Source: Euglena gracilis
Lineage: Eukaryota
NCBI GenBank assembly: GCA_039621445.1
Contig: CP154954.1
Span: forward strand, 33,887,737 to 33,951,736
Length of the DNA: 64,000 bases
Direction of reading: 5' to 3'
Shown here: in pieces, positions 10,891 through 20,859 of the stretch
How positions within the stretch are numbered: position 1 is the stretch's first letter
How the letters are laid out: every line of letters begins with the position of its first letter
The notes under the pieces: generated by a model
What the model was told of the DNA's origin: nothing
Databases searched by the model: none
Seen by the model: the letters and a program-made list of their open reading frames with translations, nothing else
Translations under genes and position numbers: made by a program

Positions 10891-11739
10891 ACGGTGGTGG
10901 GGCGAACCGAGTCCACCGACCAGTGGCACAGCCTACTGGATTTGAGTGTTCGGGAGAGGGAAGCTATGTACAGATGGGGAAACCCCCATGGATAGTCAGA
11001 GGTTAATCAGGAGACACCGGGGCTTTAGTAGCCCGTGGGAAATGGGGTGGATGGGAGACCATGTCGATGATCGAAGAGAGAGTCGAGGATCAGGTGGCGT
11101 CGTTGGGGTGCGCGCGGGGTGCAGTCTTTGGCAGCGGGGCGGGGAGGAGCGGCCATGGTGCATGCTCGGGTGCGGCCTTTGCTGCCGCAGCCCTGATGCT
11201 CTTGACGAGCTGTCGTGCATCGTGACCCATCTGGTGATTGATCGACGCGGCTGAGTGGTTTTAGCGTAGGAGGTGCTTTGGGCGCAGCATTTGCACAATC
11301 TGCCGGAAGAGGGCAAGCGCCAGAAGCTGGTAGCTTTCAGCCTGCCGCGTAGAACGGACATCTCCATGGTCCCACGAGGTTGTGCGTTTGATTATTCTGG
11401 TCAGCAGCTTCGCGCTTTCTGGTCCAAGGCCGCCCCACGTGCCCATTGCCAAGGTGGCGAAAGACCATCCTCCGTTTCGGCAGGGAGTGTCATACTTGGT
11501 GTGCTTGGCAGCCTCCTTCCTTTTCAGGAAGGTCCTCCAGCGCTCCCGCGTTGCCAGCCTTTCGGCGGCCTGCCAGCCATGAGCGACTGTGATGTCGACT
11601 GCCGTGGGCTTACCGTCCTGCCAGGTAGCCAAAAGCAAGTCAGCCGGCCTGAGCGAGCTGTCGGGTTGGTTAGGCACCAGACCTCGCGTTGCACGCTTTG
11701 ACCGTTCGTTGACAAGATGTTGAAGAGGGCGTCTTGAAC
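10891..11739 (-). mobile_element. CRE copy D, 3' part (RLE domain + 3' UTR)
   Basis: VQDALFNILS...VQREV, then after a frameshift LRPADLLLATWQDGKPTAVDITV...KEAAKHTKY...GTWGGLG, stop at 11261; close paralog of the C-terminus of copy C. Confidence 0.85.
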
Positions 11740-12067
11740 CATAGTGGAATACGGTGGTGGGGCGAACCGAATCCACCGACCAGTGGCGCAGCCTACTGGG
11801 TTTGAAGGTCCGGAGGAGGTTAAAAGTATATACAGGTGGTGCAGGGCAGGGCAGAAGGAAAACGGGCAAGGCCCATCTTCAATATAAGGCGCAGAGGGAC
11901 GGCTGGAGTGGTTGACGGCTGGGGTGGCTGACGGTAGGGGTGAGGCGGCCTGCTTGGCGCGGGCGGGAGGGCGGGCGGATGGTTGTGGTGTTTTGGTGTG
12001 CGTGTGTGCGTGTGTGGGTGTGGGTGTGTGTGCGTGTGTGGGTGTGGGTGTGTGGTTGTGTTGTGTG

Positions 12068-12098
<31 letters not shown>

Positions 12099-12114
12099 TT
12101 ATTTTCTTCCGTGG

Positions 12115-15100
12115 TTAACGGAGGACGTGCTTGGGTTGTAAGAGGTGGAACACTTCTCGGAGCAAGGCGATGGCCACATTTTGGTAGATTTCCGCTTGCT
12201 TGGTTTCGCGCTCAGCGCCCTGTTGCCAGGACGATGCGCGTTTGGCCACTCTGCTCAGTGTCTTGGCCGTTTCCGGTCCCATGCCACCCCATGTCCCGAG
12301 GGCGAAAGGTGTGAAGCACCACCCTGCTTGCTGACATGGCACGTTGTATTTCTGCTTTTTGGCGTCCTCCCTCCTCTTCAGGAAGGATCTCCAGCGTTCG
12401 CGGGTCGCTGTGTGTTCTGCCGCTTGCCAGCCGTGGCAGACGGTAACGTCCAGCGCCGTCGGCTTCCCCTCGGACCAGCAGTCCAGCAGGAGGTCCGCCG
12501 GGCGTAGGTGACTGTCTCGGGCCGTTGGCAGGGAAACTTCCTTCTGCACCCGGTGACCGCTGTTGGACAAGGTTTGAAACAGAGCGTCCTGAACAGCGTT
12601 GTGCCGGGCTGAGAAGTTGTTCCTGCGGCAGCAAAGCAGGTGGTCGCCTTCCTGGTCCAGAGGCTGGCCGCACCCTGTGCACGGCTGGCTGACGTCCTCC
12701 AGCACCGGCAGCCCTAACCACCACTTCAGTCCCAAGGTGTACTCCTCGCTAGAGAAGGTGGTGTGGGAGTTGTTGGAAGGGGTGGCCGCCATCCACCCGT
12801 GTCCGAACCCCGTGGCTTGTTCAAGGAGGCGGTTCTGGTCGCGGGGCCGGGCCTGGTCCACAAGGCCATCCATCGCCTTTTTGCCCAGCTCGTGGTTCCA
12901 CCACTTTTGCCTCCGGGGTTCTTGGTCCGCGGAGGCGAGTCGTCGTGGGTTGTGGAGGAAGGTGGTGACCGTGGCATGGTTGGCTCCTAGCCTGCCCCGG
13001 AGGTCGTCCAGGACGGGCGCGACCAGGGGTAGCTGCAGGCCGGATGCGTAGTCGGGCACACCCACGCGCCTGGCCCCGTCTGAGTAGAAGTCTGCAAGGC
13101 AGGAGATCCTGGCTGCGGGCTGAGTGCAGGACGGGACGCGGAGGCCGCAGCCCCCGCTGGATAGGGGCAGCGACGCTTGTGTCCGCTGTTGTGGGTTCAG
13201 TGCCGTGCCCAGTATGTCCTCGAAGGCGTTCATGATGACCTCCGAGCAGCCTGTAACCTGATCTTGGCTGCCATACGAGTCGGACGCGCGTAGGAGGTGG
13301 TTCACTTTGCAGCCGTCAAGACAGCTCCGCAGAAGGTGATGTGCCACCTGGGCGTCGGTGAGGGACGTTATGGTAGATGAGGCCTTCTCGATCTTAGCGG
13401 CAGCATCCGCCCACGCTTTCTTGGTGGTGTCGGAGGACGCGGGGTGGTCTACTGGGATACCGAGCACGGTATGCCTTCCCCTGGTGACCAAGGGACCACT
13501 TGCAATCTGTCGCAACTGGGTGCACTCCGCGCTCCCGGGCCCCACAAGACGCACTTCTGCAGGTTGAGGCCAAGGCCAATGCGGTGGGACTCTTGCAGCA
13601 GGAAACGGAGGCAGTGTTCAATCCTGTCGGGGGTTCCGACCAGGAGGCCGTCGTCCAGGTACCAGCTGTTCCATAGCAGCTGGCCGTCCCTGGTTATCTG
13701 GTCCAGCAGCGGCTGCAGCGCCAGGGCGAACCCGATGGGGCCCAGAGGGCAGCCCTGGTGTGTGCCCCTCTGGGAAAGGATGGTGCGGCCCCCGCAGAAG
13801 AGGGGGACGGGCCCGCTGTATGCAAACCTCAGGAAATTGAACAGACTGGGTGTACGGGTCTCGGCCTCTGTAAGGTCGCCCCTCGGTCAACTGTGTTGAA
13901 AGCATTGGAGTAGTCCACCTGGAGGGAAACCCAGGGTGAGGTGTCCCCCAGCTGAAGCACGAGGTGCTGCATGCCCAGGGCAACAGCCTCGGCGGCGTTC
14001 CGTACCCCCACCCCGACCTGGGTGGGGGCGAGCGTTGCAACCTCCGACCGGGCATGTGGTGTCTGGAGCAGCGTTTTCCCTACCAGGCGGCGGATGGTCT
14101 CCCCAACCGCCACTGGCCGCACCCCGTTGTCCTTCTTGCGGAGTGGGGTCAGATTCGCGCAGCACCAGGCCGCGGCGTGGTGCGGTGGTAGCTGGCCGTC
14201 AATCCAGAACTGGGTCAGCCGCGCAAGGGCTGTGATCAGCTTGGCTCCCCGGCCCGGCCTACGAAGGCAGTCTTGGAGGTGGCTGGGCCGCAGGCCCGAC
14301 GGGCCTGCGGCGGAACCCCGTGGGAAACGGCGGATGGCCTCCTTCAGTCTGTCCTCCCATTCCGGGATGTGGTTCTCAGGGAAGGGCTTAACCTGTCGCG
14401 GGAGGCGGTTGGTGTCCACCGGTCTGCCGCTTGGGTGCAACTTCTCCAGGGCAGCCCAGACATCCGGATCATCCGGTTGGTGCGCGCCCTCAGAGAGCAG
14501 TAGCTGGACTGCCTTCGCGGACGCCCCTTCTGCGGTGAGGGTGCGCACCCGTCTCGTTATGGCCTCACTGAGGGCGGTCGGCTGCGTTCTTGAGCGTTTT
14601 TCCGCCCTGGTTTCCACGACGGAGTGTCGAGCCTGTGCGTCCTTTAGTGCCTCTGTCAGAAGGGTGCCGTAGTCCCCCTCGCGGAACAGTTTGGTACGCC
14701 GCAGCAGGATGGACTCCAGCTCCGCTGCCGGCGGCGGTTTGGTAGTCGACACCGGTCGGAGGACGAGTTTCGGGAAGGATAGGACGCTGAATAGAGCAGC
14801 GTCCGAGGGTGCGTGCGTGTATGCGTTGATGGCATCTGCCAAAGTGTCAAAGACAGGTTGCTGGCAGGCCGAGGGCAGGTGAATAAGGGTGGAGATTCTT
14901 TGTTGGAGGACGTGGGTGATGTCGCATGGGGGAGTGCCCACGACAAGGTTGTGTGTGGGCCGTCCCCGGAGGTTGGACTCCTGCCCCGCGCTGTCGATAA
15001 CTACCGCGGCGTCAAGTTCCGGGTGGGCCAGGTCCAGAAAGAGGTGGTCGTGGTTCCGGGCATTCGCAGCAGCCGGTGCGCCATGAGGTGGCCCGGAGGC

Positions 15101-18100
15101 CGGGCGCTTGGCTGGCCCAGGGTTCTCCTCCACGTCTCCACAGGTGAGGAGGCTACCCCGTCCGCGGGTTGCCCCCCGTATGCAAGGACTTCCCCGCGGC
15201 GGACAACGATGGCCGTTTTTTGGCAGTGAGTCGGCTACCGCTGCCGGATCCATGGGGGCCCGTGGCTCGTGGAGGAGGGAGTGGGGGGTGGGGGTCAGCC
15301 GAAAAGCCGGGCGTAAGAGCGGTGGGCTAGGGGCGGCAAACTGAAGAGGGAGCAGCGTGGGGCAGTCCCAAGGCCATTGCCACAGTCCGCAGCGAGGGCA
15401 CCAGCAGGGGGTCTGACCGCGGATGTCCCACAAGGCGTTCCGGTGGAATAGGAATGTCCGGCCTGCATAGTCCCCTAGGTGGAAGACTTCGCCGCCATGA
15501 GTGGAGCGGCGTTCTATGATAAGGCGTTGTTGGCCAAGGGAGAGGAGCGGCGCAAGGGGGTAAGGGGAGTGCGCGCGGCGCGAGAGCTGCCGTCCGTGGT
15601 CAGCGCCCCGGTGGGGACCCGGTGGGGGCCGGGCGCCGCATGGGCTGCCGCTGCCGGTGTGGCATATCCGTAGGGCTGTGGTCGACCACGTGGGGGCCGG
15701 CAGCAGCGCTGTCCCCCGGGCCCGGTAGATGGGGCATCGCGGTAAGGTCACGGAATGCAAGGAGAGGCGCCGCAGGCCGGCCAGCGCGGTGGACCACTCC
15801 GGTGCGAGGAGGATGATGTTGCCCCCATATCGAAGGACGTGTTCCAAAACACGGGGGAGCAGGGAGAAGGGTGGGTTGCACCACAGCGGGTTTGGCAAGT
15901 TCCAATTCTGGAGGAAAGCATCCTCCCTTGATGACCAGAAGGCGTCCAGTTGGGTGTTATTTTGGTCGGCGAAAGCGTCGATGGTGGGCGGGTCATGGGG
16001 GGACAGAGCCCGCACCACCGCCTGGAACCACTCGGTGTCCAGCATGAAGTCTTCGCGTGGTGCGAGGGGGGGGAGAACGGAGGAAGCCCGGCCGGAGGTC
16101 GTGGGGCCGGGGTTGCTCTCCACATCTCCCGCAGTGAGGATGTCTGCGCCCCTGCCGCTCCGAGCCCGCGGGGGAACCCCCAGGGGGCGGCAGCCGGCGG
16201 CCTGCCGGCGAAGTGTGGAGGTGAGGACCCGCCCATGCGGGGCTCCCTGTGAGTCACTGAGGGAAGCAGCTACGTGGGGTGGGGGTGAGGCCCCGGGGGG
16301 TGCCGGAGTCGCGCTGCTGGGCCCAAGAGCCGGCGCTCCCCGTCTGGGACGCGTGGAGTCATCGTCGTCGGCATCGTCATCCTCCGGGTCGCTATCGACG
16401 TCAGAGAGAGACGGTGGTTGGCAGATCTGCATGTGGGCGACTATGGGCGCTGGGTACGGGGTCGCAGTCGACCATCCGCACATTTGGCAGTGTACCAGCC
16501 ACCACTCGCCGTTTGGGAGGGACTCCAAGTGCTGTAGCCTCCAGCGCCACGAGTCTTCTCTTATGGAGGGGAGAGAGAAAATGTTGCCCATGGGCCTACC
16601 CGCCTGGCAGTGATGGGACTGCATGCCTTGGAGGGAGGACAGGTTGACGTGCTGAGAGCACAAGAGGCATCTCGCATATTCGGACCCTGCCGACGCGAGG
16701 TCTTCTGCCGTCCCCGACGACGAGGGGCCGGCGGTTACCGGGGTGAGCAGACGTAGCCACCGCCAGTGTTGGCCAGTCCAGTAGATCTCCTCCCAGACGT
16801 CGTCGGGCGCCAGGGGGGGGGATGGGCTCGCCGGTCCCCCCGGGCGAGGCCCCGGGTTCTCCTCGATATCGCCGCAGCAGAGGATATCCCTGTGGCAGAG
16901 CTGCCTCGAGAGGCCGGGGCGACTGTGACCGTCGGCGTGATGCCACCCCATTGTATGCCCGTGGTGCCGGCCCCCCCGAGGGGCGGTAGCCGGCCGCCCC
17001 CCCCCCCTCTTGGGGCTGCACGCAGGGGGGATACAGGAGCAGCTGGACGTCGTCGTCCGCTAGGTCAGACCAGGTGCGACCGGGGGGGTGGGGGGGCAGG
17101 GGGGAAGCGGTGATATGAATTCCCTCCAGCCAGTGGTCCACGAGGACTTTTTTGTATTTTTTCCTGGACCCGGTCCATTCCCCCCAGATGGAGGCGTCCG
17201 TCGAAGACAGCACAGACCAATCGTCTGCTGCTGAAATCGAGTTTGTCGGCAGGTTGGCCGGGGCACTGGAACTGGCTGCTAAGGTGTGCTCCTTTTTTTG
17301 TGCAGCCCTTTTTTGGTCCACCAGGTCGGTGACCATTTTCTTTTCCTCAGTGGACCTTGTCCTGAGTTTTTCCAAAATCCTCTGGATTTGGGGTGTTGTG
17401 GTGCATTTTTTGGGGGGGGGCCTTGGCCCAGTCCTGGGTGTGACTTCAAAAACTTCTGCCCCCCCCCCCTCTTCCACTCCCCCCCCCCTTCGATTTGGCA
17501 GGGCACAAATGAAGGAGATGGTGGGAGGAAGGGTCCAGAGGGTCCAGCTGCCATTAAGAGCGGGGCATCGGTAGCAATGGACATGTGGCTGCCATTTGAA
17601 TTTAAATTTAAATTTGGAACATTTCCAAGCAGCATCCACATGATTTGTAGCAGCAGCTGTCGCAGCACGTCGGTGGGGAGCTGCAGCCCTTGGTTGGCTG
17701 TTGCACAGGCTGTCATGGTGGGGGTGTTCCCCACAGGGCCCCCCAGGAGGCTGCCCATCTGGGCCCCCATTTGGCTGCCCATTTGCCCCATTTGGGGCTG
17801 CAGCTGTTGCTGCTGTTGCTGCTGTGGCTGCTGTTGTTGCTGGGCAGTCCTTCCAGGCTTCCCCTGGGGATTTAAAGGTGTGTGGTGTGTGTGGTGTGTG
17901 TGTGTGTGTTGTAGCCAGGGGGGAGGTAAGGGCTGCTCAGGCTGGTGTCGGAGGTGGCGGGGGATGTAGCGGCTCTGGTGTTTTTTTTTGAGGAACTCCT
18001 CGTAGGCTTCGTCTTCTTGTCGCCTCCTTTTTCCCGGTCGTCCTTCCTCCACCTTGTCGGCCAGCTCTTCCACTTTGCTTGCTAATACCACCATATTCTG

Positions 18101-18214
18101 AGCCACCAGGCTCACTTGCTCCAGCACCGAATTCAATTTTTTGTTGAGGATGACGTTGTCCAGCGGCACTTCCAGCACGGCTGGCGGGTCTTCTGGGGCC
18201 GCGGCCCCCGACAT
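12115..18214 (-). CDS. Copy C polyprotein (gag-like / 2A / Zn fingers / 2A / methyltransferase / 2A / RT-CCHC-RLE), frameshifted in this assembly
   Basis: ORFs 17279..18214, 16596..17639, 13829..16951 and 12115..13554 overlap or abut. RT motifs SGLRPSHL, RPVAVGETIRRLVGK, VDYSNAFN, GTHQGCPLGP, WYLDDG (13650-13661); CTGC...DHLLCC; RPAD...LDVTV...KKQKY. Confidence 0.8.
15660..16060 (-). CDS. Dam-like/DIRS1-like amino (N6A/N4C) methyltransferase domain within the copy C ORF
   Basis: DFMLDTEWF...IDAFADQNN...FWS..EDAFLQNW...LWCNPPFSLLPRVL...LLAPEW...PAPTW; NPPF at 15866-15877. Confidence 0.8.
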
Positions 18215-18232
18215 GGCGGTTTATGCGGAAAT

Positions 18233-18258
18233 CGAAAAAAAATGGACACTCAGAAAGT
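18233..18258 (-). other. Full 26-nt spliced-leader copy (1 mismatch) at the 5' end of copy C
   Basis: ACTTTCTGAGTGTCCATTTTTTTTCG followed by ATTTCCGCATAAACCGCC-ATG. Confidence 0.9.
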
Positions 18259-18265
18259 TGTGACA

Positions 18266-18494
18266 CTTGAACGGCGTTGTGACGGTTCGCGAAGTTGTTA
18301 CGGATGTAGCAAAGATCGTGGTCTCCATGAACATCCACCGGGGCCTGACAGCCAGCACAGATAGTCGGTGTGACCGCTAGTGGCAAACCCAGCCACCATT
18401 TCAGTCCCAGCCGGTAGTCCGCCGGGTCGATGACGGTGTGTATCAAAATCCAGTAGGCTGTGCCACTGGTCGGTGGATTCGGTTCGCCCCACCA
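18266..18494 (-). mobile_element. CRE copy D, upstream part (zinc knuckle), capped by an inverted 3' motif
   Basis: YRLGLKWWLGLP...CAGC...GDHDLC...NNFANRHNAVQ joins VQDALF at 11739; inverted motif at 18443-18494. Confidence 0.8.
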
Positions 18495-19002
18495 AACCCG
18501 CGCCCAAGTGAAATTGGGCACCCCGTTTCCCCCTCAGGAGTGTTTTAAACACTTCTTTCAACCAGGCTGTAACGGCGCGCTGCACGCTTGTGCATGGCTG
18601 ACCACGCTGGACAAAAACCTGAAATTTTGGCATCACAATGGTTTTTTGGCATATCACTGAATTTGTCAGAATTTTTTTTGTTGGCCAGGTGCACGAATGA
18701 TAGGAGGATCCCACCGAGCCAAAGTCCTTGGGGTGAGAACATTGTGCGGTGAATGTTCGCCGATCCAATCAACCGCATCAACCCCCTTTATTGAATTTGA
18801 GCCCCCCCCCTCCAAATTCATTTCTCTTGGTTGGGCTGAAAATGCATGCAGACACATTGGACCTCAAAAACTGTCAAAAAAGTCCCATTTTTAAAAAAAA
18901 ATTGAAACTGTGCTGGGTGGAGGCCGAGGACACATCCATCATGCAAATCATTGGATAAGTGAATAGGGATATGGATACGGTTAGGGTGAGGGTTAGGGGG
19001 TT

Positions 19003-19428
19003 CTTGTTCGCTGCACGAACCACCAAAAGTTTTACAAGTCGGATCACCCAGGCGCACCAAGAAAATTTTTAATGGATTTTAGCTTGGGCAGAATCCAGGA
19101 TTGGCCCTGCCGTACCTCGGGCAGGGCAGTGTTCCCAAAGGCAGACGGCAGGCAGGAGAAAGGAAGATAAAGTCCACCGACATTTCGCCCCCACAAAGGG
19201 AATGGCCCGCCGTTGGCTGGAGGAAAAGGTGCCAGCGGCCCTTTTTTCTTTTTCCCACTTTCCCTCCCCCACAGCCTCCTTGGGGTCAAAGCCAGGTCAC
19301 AAGGCTGCACGCCACCCAAAAAGCAAAACCTCAGACCCCGACCCTTCAAAATACCTCATACAACCACTATTCAGGCCTCAGAGCAACTGACTTGTAAAAC
19401 TTTTGGTGGTGGTCGTGCAGTGAACAAG
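19003..19428. mobile_element. Small inverted-repeat element flanked by TTAGGG-variant repeats
   Basis: 19003-19040 is an imperfect reverse complement of 19389-19428; ttaggg/tcaggg/ataggg variants lie on both flanks. Confidence 0.45.
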
Positions 19429-20218
19429 CAACGGTTGGGGTTAGGGTCAGGGTCAGGGATAGGGATACGGCCAGGGTCAGGGATAGGGATAGCTAGATAC
19501 CACCCCCCCCCTTTATTTGAGCACACCTTTATTTGAGTATTGTATGTATGTATGTATGTATGTAGGGGGGGGGATATGCAACTTGCATAATTTGCGGGGG
19601 GTTTTTTGCATAATCAGGCTTTTCTGAAATTTGCATTTTTTTTGCATTTTTTTGCATAAAAATTTTTGCCCTGGAAAAATTTTGTGCAAAAAAATGACCT
19701 TTGTGCTGCATTCCGAGAAGCAGGTATGCGCTCCATTTTCGTAAATGTCCTAAATGTCCGCTTTATTGATGTTCAATGGTGACCTGGAGGGACGATTTGC
19801 TTAGACTGAACGTGCAGGTGCCATTCATGTTGATTTTCAAAGCTTCAGTGCTTGCCGTTGTCTTCCGGGAGGTCTTCTCCACGGGCCAACGGACCCCCCA
19901 AATGCTCAAATAAGGGGGGGGGGTCAAATAAGGGGGGGGGTCAAAAATTCCTTTAGAAAGCGGGTAAAAAAAATTTTCGGCGCCTTCGGCGCATGAAAAA
20001 AAATTTTCCCCGGACCCAAATGCTCAATTAAGGGGGGGGGGGTCAAATAAAGGGGGGGGGTAACCCTCGGGGTCTGACTTCGGCGACCGAAAGAATACCG
20101 CCCCCCGGTTTCGGGCCGAAGGCCCGGATTCTAACCTGAAAATGTAATTGGTAAAAATCACAATCTCTGACAACAAATTACAAACAAAATCAATTTTTCC
20201 GGTTACCAAACTCTTTTC

Positions 20219-20859
20219 GGTACTTGTCTGTTATCGTACGACCGACCCCCCCCTTTCGGTTATGGTGCGACGCCCGGTAATTATGGGGTTATTTGAAGGA
20301 GTAGGGTTAGGCGCTAATGGCCATGTTGCGCTACACGGCCGTGCTATGCGGTCACGTAGCGCTACATGGGAGGTTCGGCAGCCATCCCCCCCCTGGTGGT
20401 TGGACCCCCTCGGCACAGCAAAATGGGGACCCCCCCCCCCCTGGTCAGCCAACCCCCTCGGCACGGCATGCCGAACCATACCAATGAATTTTCCTTTGGG
20501 AAATTCCGGCTGTCCGCCACGGTGGACCCCCCCCCCTGGGGGACTGACCCCCTCGGCACGGCAAAATGGGCCCCCCCTGGTGGCCGAGGGTCCTCGTCAG
20601 ACGTGCCGAACCTCCATGGCCGTGTTGCGCAACATGGCCATGTAGCGCAACATGGCCGTGTTGCGCTGCATGGCCATGTAGCGCTACGTGGCCGCGTAGC
20701 ACAACACGGCCATGTTGCGCAACATGGCCGTGTTGCGCAACATGGCCATTCGCACCTAACCCAACTCCTTCAAATAACCCCATAATAACCCAAAAATAGG
20801 GCGTCGTACCATACCGAAAGGGGGGGGGGGCATCGGTTGTACGATAACAGACAAGTACC
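20219..20859. mobile_element. MITE/foldback element with GG...CC termini and 8-bp TSD (Merlin-like signature)
   Basis: ~110-bp imperfect terminal inverted repeats (TIRs) ggtacttgtctgttatcgtac / gtacgataacagacaagtacc; CTCTTTTC at 20211-20218 and 20860-20867; internal 18-bp tandem repeats near 20615-20750. Confidence 0.8.

Larger units (their letters stand above)
11751..18258 (-). mobile_element. Full-length CRE-clade retrotransposon, copy C (~6.5 kb), nested in copy D
   Basis: Complete SL at 18233-18258, ATG at 18214, RT-RLE, 3' motif at 11751-11805; flanked by CTTGAAC at 11733-11739 and 18266-18272. Confidence 0.9.

Noticed and set aside
10455-10945. CRISPR-like array of the 55-nt repeat
   Set aside because: Irregular spacing, the 'spacers' are element 3' UTRs, no cas genes, eukaryotic context.
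18233-18258. SL RNA gene
   Set aside because: The exon is not followed by a GT donor or SL intron, and no 5S/SL repeat context is visible; it runs straight into the element ORF.
11751-18494. DIRS/Ngaro or LTR retrotransposon (MTase plus inverted/direct repeats)
   Set aside because: The RT and C-terminus are CRE-type with CCHC + RLE; no tyrosine recombinase, RNase H, protease or integrase was seen.
18975-19495. Telomere or telomere-targeted array
   Set aside because: Only a few degenerate TTAGGG variants; none lie at retroelement junctions.
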